Shown here: positions 28,769 to 37,892 of the stretch, piece after piece
Position numbering within the stretch: position 1 is the first letter of the stretch
Layout: the number at the start of each line of letters is the position of its first letter
Sequence record: MZ375264.1
Source: Escherichia phage T7
Strand: one strand, 5' to 3'
Length of the DNA stretch: 37,892 nt
The notes under the pieces: generated by a model
Database searches by the model: none
Told to the model about the DNA's origin: nothing
The model's input: only the letters and a program-made list of their open reading frames with translations
Made by a program: the position numbers and the translations under genes

Positions 28769-31700
28769 ATGGATAAGTACGATAAGAACGTACCAAGTGA
28801 TTATGATGGTCTGTTCCAAAAGGCTGCTGATGCCAACGGGGTCTCTTATGACCTTTTACGTAAAGTCGCTTGGACAGAATCACGATTTGTGCCTACAGCA
28901 AAATCTAAGACTGGACCATTAGGCATGATGCAATTTACCAAGGCAACCGCTAAGGCCCTCGGTCTGCGAGTTACCGATGGTCCAGACGACGACCGACTGA
29001 ACCCTGAGTTAGCTATTAATGCTGCCGCTAAGCAACTTGCAGGTCTGGTAGGGAAGTTTGATGGCGATGAACTCAAAGCTGCCCTTGCGTACAACCAAGG
29101 CGAGGGACGCTTGGGTAATCCACAACTTGAGGCGTACTCTAAGGGAGACTTCGCATCAATCTCTGAGGAGGGACGTAACTACATGCGTAACCTTCTGGAT
29201 GTTGCTAAGTCACCTATGGCTGGACAGTTGGAAACTTTTGGTGGCATAACCCCAAAGGGTAAAGGCATTCCGGCTGAGGTAGGATTGGCTGGAATTGGTC
29301 ACAAGCAGAAAGTAACACAGGAACTTCCTGAGTCCACAAGTTTTGACGTTAAGGGTATCGAACAGGAGGCTACGGCGAAACCATTCGCCAAGGACTTTTG
29401 GGAGACCCACGGAGAAACACTTGACGAGTACAACAGTCGTTCAACCTTCTTCGGATTCAAAAATGCTGCCGAAGCTGAACTCTCCAACTCAGTCGCTGGG
29501 ATGGCTTTCCGTGCTGGTCGTCTCGATAATGGTTTTGATGTGTTTAAAGACACCATTACGCCGACTCGCTGGAACTCTCACATCTGGACTCCAGAGGAGT
29601 TAGAGAAGATTCGAACAGAGGTTAAGAACCCTGCGTACATCAACGTTGTAACTGGTGGTTCCCCTGAGAACCTCGATGACCTCATTAAATTGGCTAACGA
29701 GAACTTTGAGAATGACTCCCGCGCTGCCGAGGCTGGCCTAGGTGCCAAACTGAGTGCTGGTATTATTGGTGCTGGTGTGGACCCGCTTAGCTATGTTCCT
29801 ATGGTCGGTGTCACTGGTAAGGGCTTTAAGTTAATCAATAAGGCTCTTGTAGTTGGTGCCGAAAGTGCTGCTCTGAACGTTGCATCCGAAGGTCTCCGTA
29901 CCTCCGTAGCTGGTGGTGACGCAGACTATGCGGGTGCTGCCTTAGGTGGCTTTGTGTTTGGCGCAGGCATGTCTGCAATCAGTGACGCTGTAGCTGCTGG
30001 ACTGAAACGCAGTAAACCAGAAGCTGAGTTCGACAATGAGTTCATCGGTCCTATGATGCGATTGGAAGCCCGTGAGACAGCACGAAACGCCAACTCTGCG
30101 GACCTCTCTCGGATGAACACTGAGAACATGAAGTTTGAAGGTGAACATAATGGTGTCCCTTATGAGGACTTACCAACAGAGAGAGGTGCCGTGGTGTTAC
30201 ATGATGGCTCCGTTCTAAGTGCAAGCAACCCAATCAACCCTAAGACTCTAAAAGAGTTCTCCGAGGTTGACCCTGAGAAGGCTGCGCGAGGAATCAAACT
30301 GGCTGGGTTCACCGAGATTGGCTTGAAGACCTTGGGGTCTGACGATGCTGACATCCGTAGAGTGGCTATCGACCTCGTTCGCTCTCCTACTGGTATGCAG
30401 TCTGGTGCCTCAGGTAAGTTCGGTGCAACAGCTTCTGACATCCATGAGAGACTTCATGGTACTGACCAGCGTACTTATAATGACTTGTACAAAGCAATGT
30501 CTGACGCTATGAAAGACCCTGAGTTCTCTACTGGCGGCGCTAAGATGTCCCGTGAAGAAACTCGATACACTATCTACCGTAGAGCGGCACTAGCTATTGA
30601 GCGTCCAGAACTACAGAAGGCACTCACTCCGTCTGAGAGAATCGTTATGGACATCATTAAGCGTCACTTTGACACCAAGCGTGAACTTATGGAAAACCCA
30701 GCAATATTCGGTAACACAAAGGCTGTGAGTATCTTCCCTGAGAGTCGCCACAAAGGTACTTACGTTCCTCACGTATATGACCGTCATGCCAAGGCGCTGA
30801 TGATTCAACGCTACGGTGCCGAAGGTTTGCAGGAAGGGATTGCCCGCTCATGGATGAACAGCTACGTCTCCAGACCTGAGGTCAAGGCCAGAGTCGATGA
30901 GATGCTTAAGGAATTACACGGGGTGAAGGAAGTAACACCAGAGATGGTAGAGAAGTACGCTATGGATAAGGCTTATGGTATCTCCCACTCAGACCAGTTC
31001 ACCAACAGTTCCATAATAGAAGAGAACATTGAGGGCTTAGTAGGTATCGAGAATAACTCATTCCTTGAGGCACGTAACTTGTTTGATTCGGACCTATCCA
31101 TCACTATGCCAGACGGACAGCAATTCTCAGTGAATGACCTAAGGGACTTCGATATGTTCCGCATCATGCCAGCGTATGACCGCTGTGTCAATGGTGACAT
31201 CGCCATCATGGGGTCTACTGGTAAAACCACTAAGGAACTTAAGGATGAGATTTTGGCTCTCAAAGCGAAAGCTGAGGGAGACGGTAAGAAGACTGGCGAG
31301 GTACATGCTTTAATGGATACCGTTAAGATTCTTACTGGTCGTGCTAGACGCAATCAGGACACTGTGTGGGAAACCTCACTGCGTGCCATCAATGACCTAG
31401 GGTTCTTCGCTAAGAACGCCTACATGGGTGCTCAGAACATTACGGAGATTGCTGGGATGATTGTCACTGGTAACGTTCGTGCTCTAGGGCATGGTATCCC
31501 AATTCTGCGTGATACACTCTACAAGTCTAAACCAGTTTCAGCTAAGGAACTCAAGGAACTCCATGCGTCTCTGTTCGGGAAGGAGGTGGACCAGTTGATT
31601 CGGCCTAAACGTGCTGACATTGTGCAGCGCCTAAGGGAAGCAACTGATACCGGACCTGCCGTGGCGAACATCGTAGGGACCTTGAAGTATTCAACACAGG

Positions 31701-32725
31701 AACTGGCTGCTCGCTCTCCGTGGACTAAGCTACTGAACGGAACCACTAACTACCTTCTGGATGCTGCGCGTCAAGGTATGCTTGGGGATGTTATTAGTGC
31801 CACCCTAACAGGTAAGACTACCCGCTGGGAGAAAGAAGGCTTCCTTCGTGGTGCCTCCGTAACTCCTGAGCAGATGGCTGGCATCAAGTCTCTCATCAAG
31901 GAACATATGGTACGCGGTGAGGACGGGAAGTTTACCGTTAAGGACAAGCAAGCGTTCTCTATGGACCCACGGGCTATGGACTTATGGAGACTGGCTGACA
32001 AGGTAGCTGATGAGGCAATGCTGCGTCCACATAAGGTGTCCTTACAGGATTCCCATGCGTTCGGAGCACTAGGTAAGATGGTTATGCAGTTTAAGTCTTT
32101 CACTATCAAGTCCCTTAACTCTAAGTTCCTGCGAACCTTCTATGATGGATACAAGAACAACCGAGCGATTGACGCTGCGCTGAGCATCATCACCTCTATG
32201 GGTCTCGCTGGTGGTTTCTATGCTATGGCTGCACACGTCAGAGCATACGCTCTGCCTAAGGAGAAACGTAAGGAGTACTTGGAGCGTGCACTGGACCCAA
32301 CCATGATTGCCCACGCTGCGTTATCTCGTAGTTCTCAATTGGGTGTTCCTTTGGCTATGGTTGACCTAGTTGGTGGTGTTTTAGGGTTCGAGTCCTCCAA
32401 GATGGCTCGCTCTACGATTCTACCTAAGGACACCGTGAAGGAACGTGACCCAAACAAACCGTACACCTCTAGAGAGGTAATGGGCGCTATGGGTTCAAAC
32501 CTTCTGGAACAGATGCCTTCGGCTGGCTTTGTGGCTAACGTAGGGGCTACCTTAATGAATGCTGCTGGCGTGGTCAACTCACCTAATAAAGCAACCGAGC
32601 AGGACTTCATGACTGGTCTTATGAACTCCACAAAAGAGTTAGTACCGAACGACCCATTGACTCAACAGCTTGTGTTGAAGATTTATGAGGCGAACGGTGT
32701 TAACTTGAGGGAGCGTAGGAAATAA
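28769..32725 (+). CDS. 16: Gene 16 internal core protein with N-terminal lytic transglycosylase domain, 1318 aa
   Basis: ORF 28769-32725; N-terminal SLT-like motif (WTESRF ... GPLGMMQF). Confidence 0.97.
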   Translation: MDKYDKNVPSDYDGLFQKAADANGVSYDLLRKVAWTESRFVPTAKSKTGPLGMMQFTKATAKALGLRVTDGPDDDRLNPELAINAAAKQLAGLVGKFDGDELKAALAYNQGEGRLGNPQLEAYSKGDFASISEEGRNYMRNLLDVAKSPMAGQLETFGGITPKGKGIPAEVGLAGIGHKQKVTQELPESTSFDVKGIEQEATAKPFAKDFWETHGETLDEYNSRSTFFGFKNAAEAELSNSVAGMAFRAGRLDNGFDVFKDTITPTRWNSHIWTPEELEKIRTEVKNPAYINVVTGGSPENLDDLIKLANENFENDSRAAEAGLGAKLSAGIIGAGVDPLSYVPMVGVTGKGFKLINKALVVGAESAALNVASEGLRTSVAGGDADYAGAALGGFVFGAGMSAISDAVAAGLKRSKPEAEFDNEFIGPMMRLEARETARNANSADLSRMNTENMKFEGEHNGVPYEDLPTERGAVVLHDGSVLSASNPINPKTLKEFSEVDPEKAARGIKLAGFTEIGLKTLGSDDADIRRVAIDLVRSPTGMQSGASGKFGATASDIHERLHGTDQRTYNDLYKAMSDAMKDPEFSTGGAKMSREETRYTIYRRAALAIERPELQKALTPSERIVMDIIKRHFDTKRELMENPAIFGNTKAVSIFPESRHKGTYVPHVYDRHAKALMIQRYGAEGLQEGIARSWMNSYVSRPEVKARVDEMLKELHGVKEVTPEMVEKYAMDKAYGISHSDQFTNSSIIEENIEGLVGIENNSFLEARNLFDSDLSITMPDGQQFSVNDLRDFDMFRIMPAYDRCVNGDIAIMGSTGKTTKELKDEILALKAKAEGDGKKTGEVHALMDTVKILTGRARRNQDTVWETSLRAINDLGFFAKNAYMGAQNITEIAGMIVTGNVRALGHGIPILRDTLYKSKPVSAKELKELHASLFGKEVDQLIRPKRADIVQRLREATDTGPAVANIVGTLKYSTQELAARSPWTKLLNGTTNYLLDAARQGMLGDVISATLTGKTTRWEKEGFLRGASVTPEQMAGIKSLIKEHMVRGEDGKFTVKDKQAFSMDPRAMDLWRLADKVADEAMLRPHKVSLQDSHAFGALGKMVMQFKSFTIKSLNSKFLRTFYDGYKNNRAIDAALSIITSMGLAGGFYAMAAHVRAYALPKEKRKEYLERALDPTMIAHAALSRSSQLGVPLAMVDLVGGVLGFESSKMARSTILPKDTVKERDPNKPYTSREVMGAMGSNLLEQMPSAGFVANVGATLMNAAGVVNSPNKATEQDFMTGLMNSTKELVPNDPLTQQLVLKIYEANGVNLRERRK

Positions 32726-32745
32726 TACAACTCACTATAGGGAGA
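32723..32745 (+). promoter_or_regulatory. phi17: T7 class III promoter phi17 with A instead of G at -11 (TAATACAACTCACTATAGGGAGA), +1 at 32740
   Basis: 23-mer matches the consensus except position 32729; overlaps the gene 16 stop. Confidence 0.85.
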
Positions 32746-32797
32746 GGCGAAATAATCTTCTCCCTGTAGTCTCTTAGATTTACTTTAAGGAGGTCAA

Positions 32798-34459
32798 ATG
32801 GCTAACGTAATTAAAACCGTTTTGACTTACCAGTTAGATGGCTCCAATCGTGATTTTAATATCCCGTTTGAGTATCTAGCCCGTAAGTTCGTAGTGGTAA
32901 CTCTTATTGGTGTAGACCGAAAGGTCCTTACGATTAATACAGACTATCGCTTTGCTACACGTACTACTATCTCTCTGACAAAGGCTTGGGGTCCAGCCGA
33001 TGGCTACACGACCATCGAGTTACGTCGAGTAACCTCCACTACCGACCGATTGGTTGACTTTACGGATGGTTCAATCCTCCGCGCGTATGACCTTAACGTC
33101 GCTCAGATTCAAACGATGCACGTAGCGGAAGAGGCCCGTGACCTCACTACGGATACTATCGGTGTCAATAACGATGGTCACTTGGATGCTCGTGGTCGTC
33201 GAATTGTGAACCTAGCGAACGCCGTGGATGACCGCGATGCTGTTCCGTTTGGTCAACTAAAGACCATGAACCAGAACTCATGGCAAGCACGTAATGAAGC
33301 CTTACAGTTCCGTAATGAGGCTGAGACTTTCAGAAACCAAGCGGAGGGCTTTAAGAACGAGTCCAGTACCAACGCTACGAACACAAAGCAGTGGCGCGAT
33401 GAGACCAAGGGTTTCCGAGACGAAGCCAAGCGGTTCGAGAATACGGCTGGTCAATACGCTACATCTGCTGGGAACTCTGCTTCCGCTGCGCATCAATCTG
33501 AGGTAAACGCTGAGAACTCTGCCACAGCATCCGCTAACTCTGCTCATTTGGCAGAACAGCAAGCAGACCGTGCGGAACGTGAGGCAGACAAGCTGGAAAA
33601 TTACAATGGATTGGCTGGTGCAATTGATAAGGTAGATGGAACCAATGTGTACTGGAAAGGAAATATTCACGCTAACGGGCGCCTTTACATGACCACAAAC
33701 GGTTTTGACTGTGGCCAGTATCAACAGTTCTTTGGTGGTGTCACTAATCGTTACTCTGTCATGGAGTGGGGAGATGAGAACGGATGGCTGATGTATGTTC
33801 AACGTAGAGAGTGGACAACAGCGATAGGCGGTAACATCCAGTTAGTAGTAAACGGACAGATCATCACCCAAGGTGGAGCCATGACCGGTCAGCTAAAATT
33901 GCAGAATGGGCATGTTCTTCAATTAGAGTCCGCATCCGACAAGGCGCACTATATTCTATCTAAAGATGGTAACAGGAATAACTGGTACATTGGTAGAGGG
34001 TCAGATAACAACAATGACTGTACCTTCCACTCCTATGTACATGGTACGACCTTAACACTCAAGCAGGACTATGCAGTAGTTAACAAACACTTCCACGTAG
34101 GTCAGGCCGTTGTGGCCACTGATGGTAATATTCAAGGTACTAAGTGGGGAGGTAAATGGCTGGATGCTTACCTACGTGACAGCTTCGTTGCGAAGTCCAA
34201 GGCGTGGACTCAGGTGTGGTCTGGTAGTGCTGGCGGTGGGGTAAGTGTGACTGTTTCACAGGATCTCCGCTTCCGCAATATCTGGATTAAGTGTGCCAAC
34301 AACTCTTGGAACTTCTTCCGTACTGGCCCCGATGGAATCTACTTCATAGCCTCTGATGGTGGATGGTTACGATTCCAAATACACTCCAACGGTCTCGGAT
34401 TCAAGAATATTGCAGACAGTCGTTCAGTACCTAATGCAATCATGGTGGAGAACGAGTAA
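32798..34459 (+). CDS. 17: Gene 17 tail fibre protein, 553 aa
   Basis: ORF 32798-34459. Confidence 0.97.
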   Translation: MANVIKTVLTYQLDGSNRDFNIPFEYLARKFVVVTLIGVDRKVLTINTDYRFATRTTISLTKAWGPADGYTTIELRRVTSTTDRLVDFTDGSILRAYDLNVAQIQTMHVAEEARDLTTDTIGVNNDGHLDARGRRIVNLANAVDDRDAVPFGQLKTMNQNSWQARNEALQFRNEAETFRNQAEGFKNESSTNATNTKQWRDETKGFRDEAKRFENTAGQYATSAGNSASAAHQSEVNAENSATASANSAHLAEQQADRAEREADKLENYNGLAGAIDKVDGTNVYWKGNIHANGRLYMTTNGFDCGQYQQFFGGVTNRYSVMEWGDENGWLMYVQRREWTTAIGGNIQLVVNGQIITQGGAMTGQLKLQNGHVLQLESASDKAHYILSKDGNRNNWYIGRGSDNNNDCTFHSYVHGTTLTLKQDYAVVNKHFHVGQAVVATDGNIQGTKWGGKWLDAYLRDSFVAKSKAWTQVWSGSAGGGVSVTVSQDLRFRNIWIKCANNSWNFFRTGPDGIYFIASDGGWLRFQIHSNGLGFKNIADSRSVPNAIMVENE

Positions 34460-34517
34460 TTGGTAAATCACAAGGAAAGACGTGTAGTCCACGGATGGAC
34501 TCTCAAGGAGGTACAAG

Positions 34518-34721
34518 GTGCTATCATTAGACTTTAACAACGAATTGATTAAGGCTGCTCCAATTGTTGGGACGGGTGTAGCAGATGTTAGTGCTCGACT
34601 GTTCTTTGGGTTAAGCCTTAACGAATGGTTCTACGTTGCTGCTATCGCCTACACAGTGGTTCAGATTGGTGCCAAGGTAGTCGATAAGATGATTGACTGG
34701 AAGAAAGCCAATAAGGAGTGA
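34518..34721 (+). CDS. 17.5: Gene 17.5 holin, 67 aa, GTG start
   Basis: ORF 34518-34721, one hydrophobic segment and a charged C-terminus. Confidence 0.85.
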   Translation: MLSLDFNNELIKAAPIVGTGVADVSARLFFGLSLNEWFYVAAIAYTVVQIGAKVVDKMIDWKKANKE

Positions 34722-34726
34722 TATGT

Positions 34727-34996
34727 ATGGAAAAGGATAAGAGCCTTATTACATTCTTAGAGATGTTGGACACTGCGATGGCTCAGCGTATGCTTGCGGA
34801 CCTTTCGGACCATGAGCGTCGCTCTCCGCAACTCTATAATGCTATTAACAAACTGTTAGACCGCCACAAGTTCCAGATTGGTAAGTTGCAGCCGGATGTT
34901 CACATCTTAGGTGGCCTTGCTGGTGCTCTTGAAGAGTACAAAGAGAAAGTCGGTGATAACGGTCTTACGGATGATGATATTTACACATTACAGTGA
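34727..34996 (+). CDS. 18: Gene 18 terminase small subunit, 89 aa
   Basis: ATG 34727 (MEKDKSLITFLEML...) inside ORF-track entry 34718-34996. Confidence 0.9.
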   Translation: MEKDKSLITFLEMLDTAMAQRMLADLSDHERRSPQLYNAINKLLDRHKFQIGKLQPDVHILGGLAGALEEYKEKVGDNGLTDDDIYTLQ

Positions 34997-34999
34997 TAT

Positions 35000-35060
35000 A
35001 CTCAAGGCCACTACAGATAGTGGTCTTTATGGATGTCATTGTCTATACGAGATGCTCCTA
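35000..35060 (+). promoter_or_regulatory. R18.5: RNase III processing hairpin R18.5
   Basis: Inverted repeat CCACTACAGATAGTGG between genes 18 and 18.5. Confidence 0.45.
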
Positions 35061-35090
35061 CGTGAAATCTGAAAGTTAACGGGAGGCATT

Positions 35091-35522
35091 ATGCTAGAAT
35101 TTTTACGTAAGCTAATCCCTTGGGTTCTCGCTGGGATGCTATTCGGGTTAGGATGGCATCTAGGGTCAGACTCAATGGACGCTAAATGGAAACAGGAGGT
35201 ACACAATGAGTACGTTAAGAGAGTTGAGGCTGCGAAGAGCACTCAAAGAGCAATCGATGCGGTATCTGCTAAGTATCAAGAAGACCTTGCCGCGCTGGAA
35301 GGGAGCACTGATAGGATTATTTCTGATTTGCGTAGCGACAATAAGCGGTTGCGCGTCAGAGTCAAAACTACCGGAACCTCCGATGGTCAGTGTGGATTCG
35401 AGCCTGATGATCGAGCCGAACTTGACGACCGAGATGCTAAACGTATTCTCGCAGTGACCCAGAAGGGTGACGCATGGATTCGTGCGTTACAGGATACTAT
35501 TCGTGAACTGCAACGTAAGTAG
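35091..35522 (+). CDS. 18.5: Gene 18.5 Rz-like spanin (inner membrane subunit), 143 aa
   Basis: ORF 35091-35522, N-terminal transmembrane segment then coiled-coil-like region. Confidence 0.93.
   Translation: MLEFLRKLIPWVLAGMLFGLGWHLGSDSMDAKWKQEVHNEYVKRVEAAKSTQRAIDAVSAKYQEDLAALEGSTDRIISDLRSDNKRLRVRVKTTGTSDGQCGFEPDDRAELDDRDAKRILAVTQKGDAWIRALQDTIRELQRK
35206..35457 (+). CDS. 18.7: Gene 18.7 Rz1-like outer-membrane lipoprotein spanin embedded in gene 18.5 in another frame, 83 aa
   Basis: ORF 35206-35457 nested in 18.5; lipobox-like LICVATISGC. Confidence 0.8.
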   Translation: MSTLRELRLRRALKEQSMRYLLSIKKTLPRWKGALIGLFLICVATISGCASESKLPEPPMVSVDSSLMIEPNLTTEMLNVFSQ

Positions 35523-35543
35523 GAAATCAAGTAAGGAGGCAAT

Positions 35544-37304
35544 GTGTCTACTCAATCCAATCGTAATGCGCTCGTAGTGGCGCAACTGAAAGGAGACTTC
35601 GTGGCGTTCCTATTCGTCTTATGGAAGGCGCTAAACCTACCGGTGCCCACTAAGTGTCAGATTGACATGGCTAAGGTGCTGGCGAATGGAGACAACAAGA
35701 AGTTCATCTTACAGGCTTTCCGTGGTATCGGTAAGTCGTTCATCACATGTGCGTTCGTTGTGTGGTCCTTATGGAGAGACCCTCAGTTGAAGATACTTAT
35801 CGTATCAGCCTCTAAGGAGCGTGCAGACGCTAACTCCATCTTTATTAAGAACATCATTGACCTGCTGCCATTCCTATCTGAGTTAAAGCCAAGACCCGGA
35901 CAGCGTGACTCGGTAATCAGCTTTGATGTAGGCCCAGCCAATCCTGACCACTCTCCTAGTGTGAAATCAGTAGGTATCACTGGTCAGTTAACTGGTAGCC
36001 GTGCTGACATTATCATTGCGGATGACGTTGAGATTCCGTCTAACAGCGCAACTATGGGTGCCCGTGAGAAGCTATGGACTCTGGTTCAGGAGTTCGCTGC
36101 GTTACTTAAACCGCTGCCTTCCTCTCGCGTTATCTACCTTGGTACACCTCAGACAGAGATGACTCTCTATAAGGAACTTGAGGATAACCGTGGGTACACA
36201 ACCATTATCTGGCCTGCTCTGTACCCAAGGACACGTGAAGAGAACCTCTATTACTCACAGCGTCTTGCTCCTATGTTACGCGCTGAGTACGATGAGAACC
36301 CTGAGGCACTTGCTGGGACTCCAACAGACCCAGTGCGCTTTGACCGTGATGACCTGCGCGAGCGTGAGTTGGAATACGGTAAGGCTGGCTTTACGCTACA
36401 GTTCATGCTTAACCCTAACCTTAGTGATGCCGAGAAGTACCCGCTGAGGCTTCGTGACGCTATCGTAGCGGCCTTAGACTTAGAGAAGGCCCCAATGCAT
36501 TACCAGTGGCTTCCGAACCGTCAGAACATCATTGAGGACCTTCCTAACGTTGGCCTTAAGGGTGATGACCTGCATACGTACCACGATTGTTCCAACAACT
36601 CAGGTCAGTACCAACAGAAGATTCTGGTCATTGACCCTAGTGGTCGCGGTAAGGACGAAACAGGTTACGCTGTGCTGTACACACTGAACGGTTACATCTA
36701 CCTTATGGAAGCTGGAGGTTTCCGTGATGGCTACTCCGATAAGACCCTTGAGTTACTCGCTAAGAAGGCAAAGCAATGGGGAGTCCAGACGGTTGTCTAC
36801 GAGAGTAACTTCGGTGACGGTATGTTCGGTAAGGTATTCAGTCCTATCCTTCTTAAACACCACAACTGTGCGATGGAAGAGATTCGTGCCCGTGGTATGA
36901 AAGAGATGCGTATTTGCGATACCCTTGAGCCAGTCATGCAGACTCACCGCCTTGTAATTCGTGATGAGGTCATTAGGGCCGACTACCAGTCCGCTCGTGA
37001 CGTAGACGGTAAGCATGACGTTAAGTACTCGTTGTTCTACCAGATGACCCGTATCACTCGTGAGAAAGGCGCTCTGGCTCATGATGACCGATTGGATGCC
37101 CTTGCGTTAGGCATTGAGTATCTCCGTGAGTCCATGCAGTTGGATTCCGTTAAGGTCGAGGGTGAAGTACTTGCTGACTTCCTTGAGGAACACATGATGC
37201 GTCCTACGGTTGCTGCTACGCATATCATTGAGATGTCTGTGGGAGGAGTTGATGTGTACTCTGAGGACGATGAGGGTTACGGTACGTCTTTCATTGAGTG
37301 GTGA
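35544..37304 (+). CDS. 19: Gene 19 terminase large subunit (DNA maturase B), 586 aa, GTG start
   Basis: ORF 35544-37304; Walker A-like FRGIGKS. Confidence 0.97.
36190..36447 (+). CDS. 19.2: Gene 19.2, ORF embedded in gene 19 in another frame, about 85 aa
   Basis: Part of ORF-track entry 36178-36447; position matches annotated T7 gene 19.2; expression uncertain. Confidence 0.35.
36727..36900 (+). CDS. 19.3: Gene 19.3, ORF embedded in gene 19 in another frame, 57 aa
   Basis: ATG 36727 to TGA 36900; position matches annotated T7 gene 19.3; expression uncertain. Confidence 0.35.
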
Positions 37305-37385
37305 TTTATGCATTAGGACTGCATAGGGATGCACTATAGACCACGGATGGTCAGTTCTTTAAGTTACTGAAAAGACACGATAAAT

Positions 37386-37408
37386 TAATACGACTCACTA
37401 TAGGGAGA
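37386..37408 (+). promoter_or_regulatory. phiOR: T7 promoter phiOR, exact consensus, +1 at 37403
   Basis: Exact 23-bp consensus near the right end. Confidence 0.97.
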
Positions 37409-37562
37409 GGAGGGACGAAAGGTTACTATATAGATACTGAATGAATACTTATAGAGTGCATAAAGTATGCATAATGGTGTACCTAGAGTGACCTCTAAGA
37501 ATGGTGATTATATTGTATTAATATCACCTTAACTTAAGGACCAACATAAAGGGAGGAGACTC

Positions 37563-37610
37563 ATGTTCCGCTTATTGTTGAACCTACTGCGGCATAGAGT
37601 CAAGTCCTAA
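37563..37610 (+). pseudogene. 19.5: Gene 19.5 remnant: first 13 codons (MFRLLLNLLRHRV) then junction and stop; 15 codons instead of 49
   Basis: ATG 37563 with RBS GGGAGGAG; sequence after CATAGAGTCA joins directly to AGTCCTAAGG of the right-end region; about 200 bp shorter than T7 here. Confidence 0.7.
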
Positions 37611-37751
37611 GGTATACCCATAAAGAGCCTCTAAGGTCTATACCTAAAGATAGGCCATCCTATCAGTGTCACCTAAAGAGGGTCTTAGAGAGGGCCTATG
37701 GAGTTCCTATAGGGTCCTTTAAAATATACCCCATAAAAATCTGAGTGACTA

Positions 37752-37892
37752 TCTCACAGTGTACGGACCTAAAGTTCCCCCATAGGGGTACCTAAAGCCC
37801 AGCCAATCACCTAAAGTCAACCTTCGGTTGACCTTGAGGGTTCCCTAAGGGTTTGTCTTTGGGTGTTACCTTGAGTGTCTCTCTGTGTCCCT
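37752..37892. repeat. TR-R: Right direct terminal repeat, 141 bp, identical to 1-141
   Basis: Exact identity with positions 1-141. Confidence 0.95.

Noticed and set aside
37503-37528. Short inverted repeat GGTGAT...ATCACC between phiOR and gene 19.5, as a candidate packaging signal
   Set aside because: Only a 6-bp stem with a 14-nt loop; too weak to call a structured element on sequence alone.
37611-37751. Apparent small differences from T7 in the right-end unique region (e.g. around 37630-37640 and 37725-37735)
   Set aside because: My recall of this part of the reference is not precise enough; they are folded into the roughly 200-bp right-end length difference but not called individually.

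Overview
This window is a complete, linear T7-type podovirus genome (Escherichia phage T7 or a very close derivative), 37,892 bp, bounded by identical 141-bp direct terminal repeats (1-141 = 37752-37892). All genes are on the + strand in the canonical T7 order: early region (E. coli promoters A1/A2/A3, gene 0.3 ocr, 0.7 kinase, gene 1 RNA polymerase, 1.3 ligase, terminator TE), DNA metabolism region (2.5 SSB, 3 endonuclease I, 3.5 lysozyme, 4 primase-helicase, 5 DNA polymerase, 6 exonuclease) and the structural/packaging region (8 portal, 9 scaffold, 10 capsid, 11/12 tail, 13-16 core, 17 fibre, 17.5 holin, 18/19 terminase). Seventeen T7 RNA polymerase promoters and both terminators (TE, Tphi) are readable directly. 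I see no inserted foreign DNA and no novel system: every substantial ORF is a known T7 gene. What is unusual is that the genome is about 2.0 kb shorter than the reference T7 genome (39,937 bp). The difference is accounted for by deletions in the left-end repeat array and terminal repeat, and by loss of the non-essential genes 0.4-0.6, 1.4, 4.3, 4.7, 5.3 and most of 19.5. There are also apparent point changes in regulatory signals (phi10 +1 G to T, phi17 -11 G to A, A3 -35 TTGGCA, the concatemer-junction ATCTGTT pause motif) and an in-frame TAA inside gene 3.8. Overall it looks like a genome-reduced and/or laboratory-adapted T7 derivative. All comparisons to reference T7 are from memory of the published sequence and need a real alignment to confirm; gene 1 substitutions (e.g. 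around residues 137 and 184) could not be judged.
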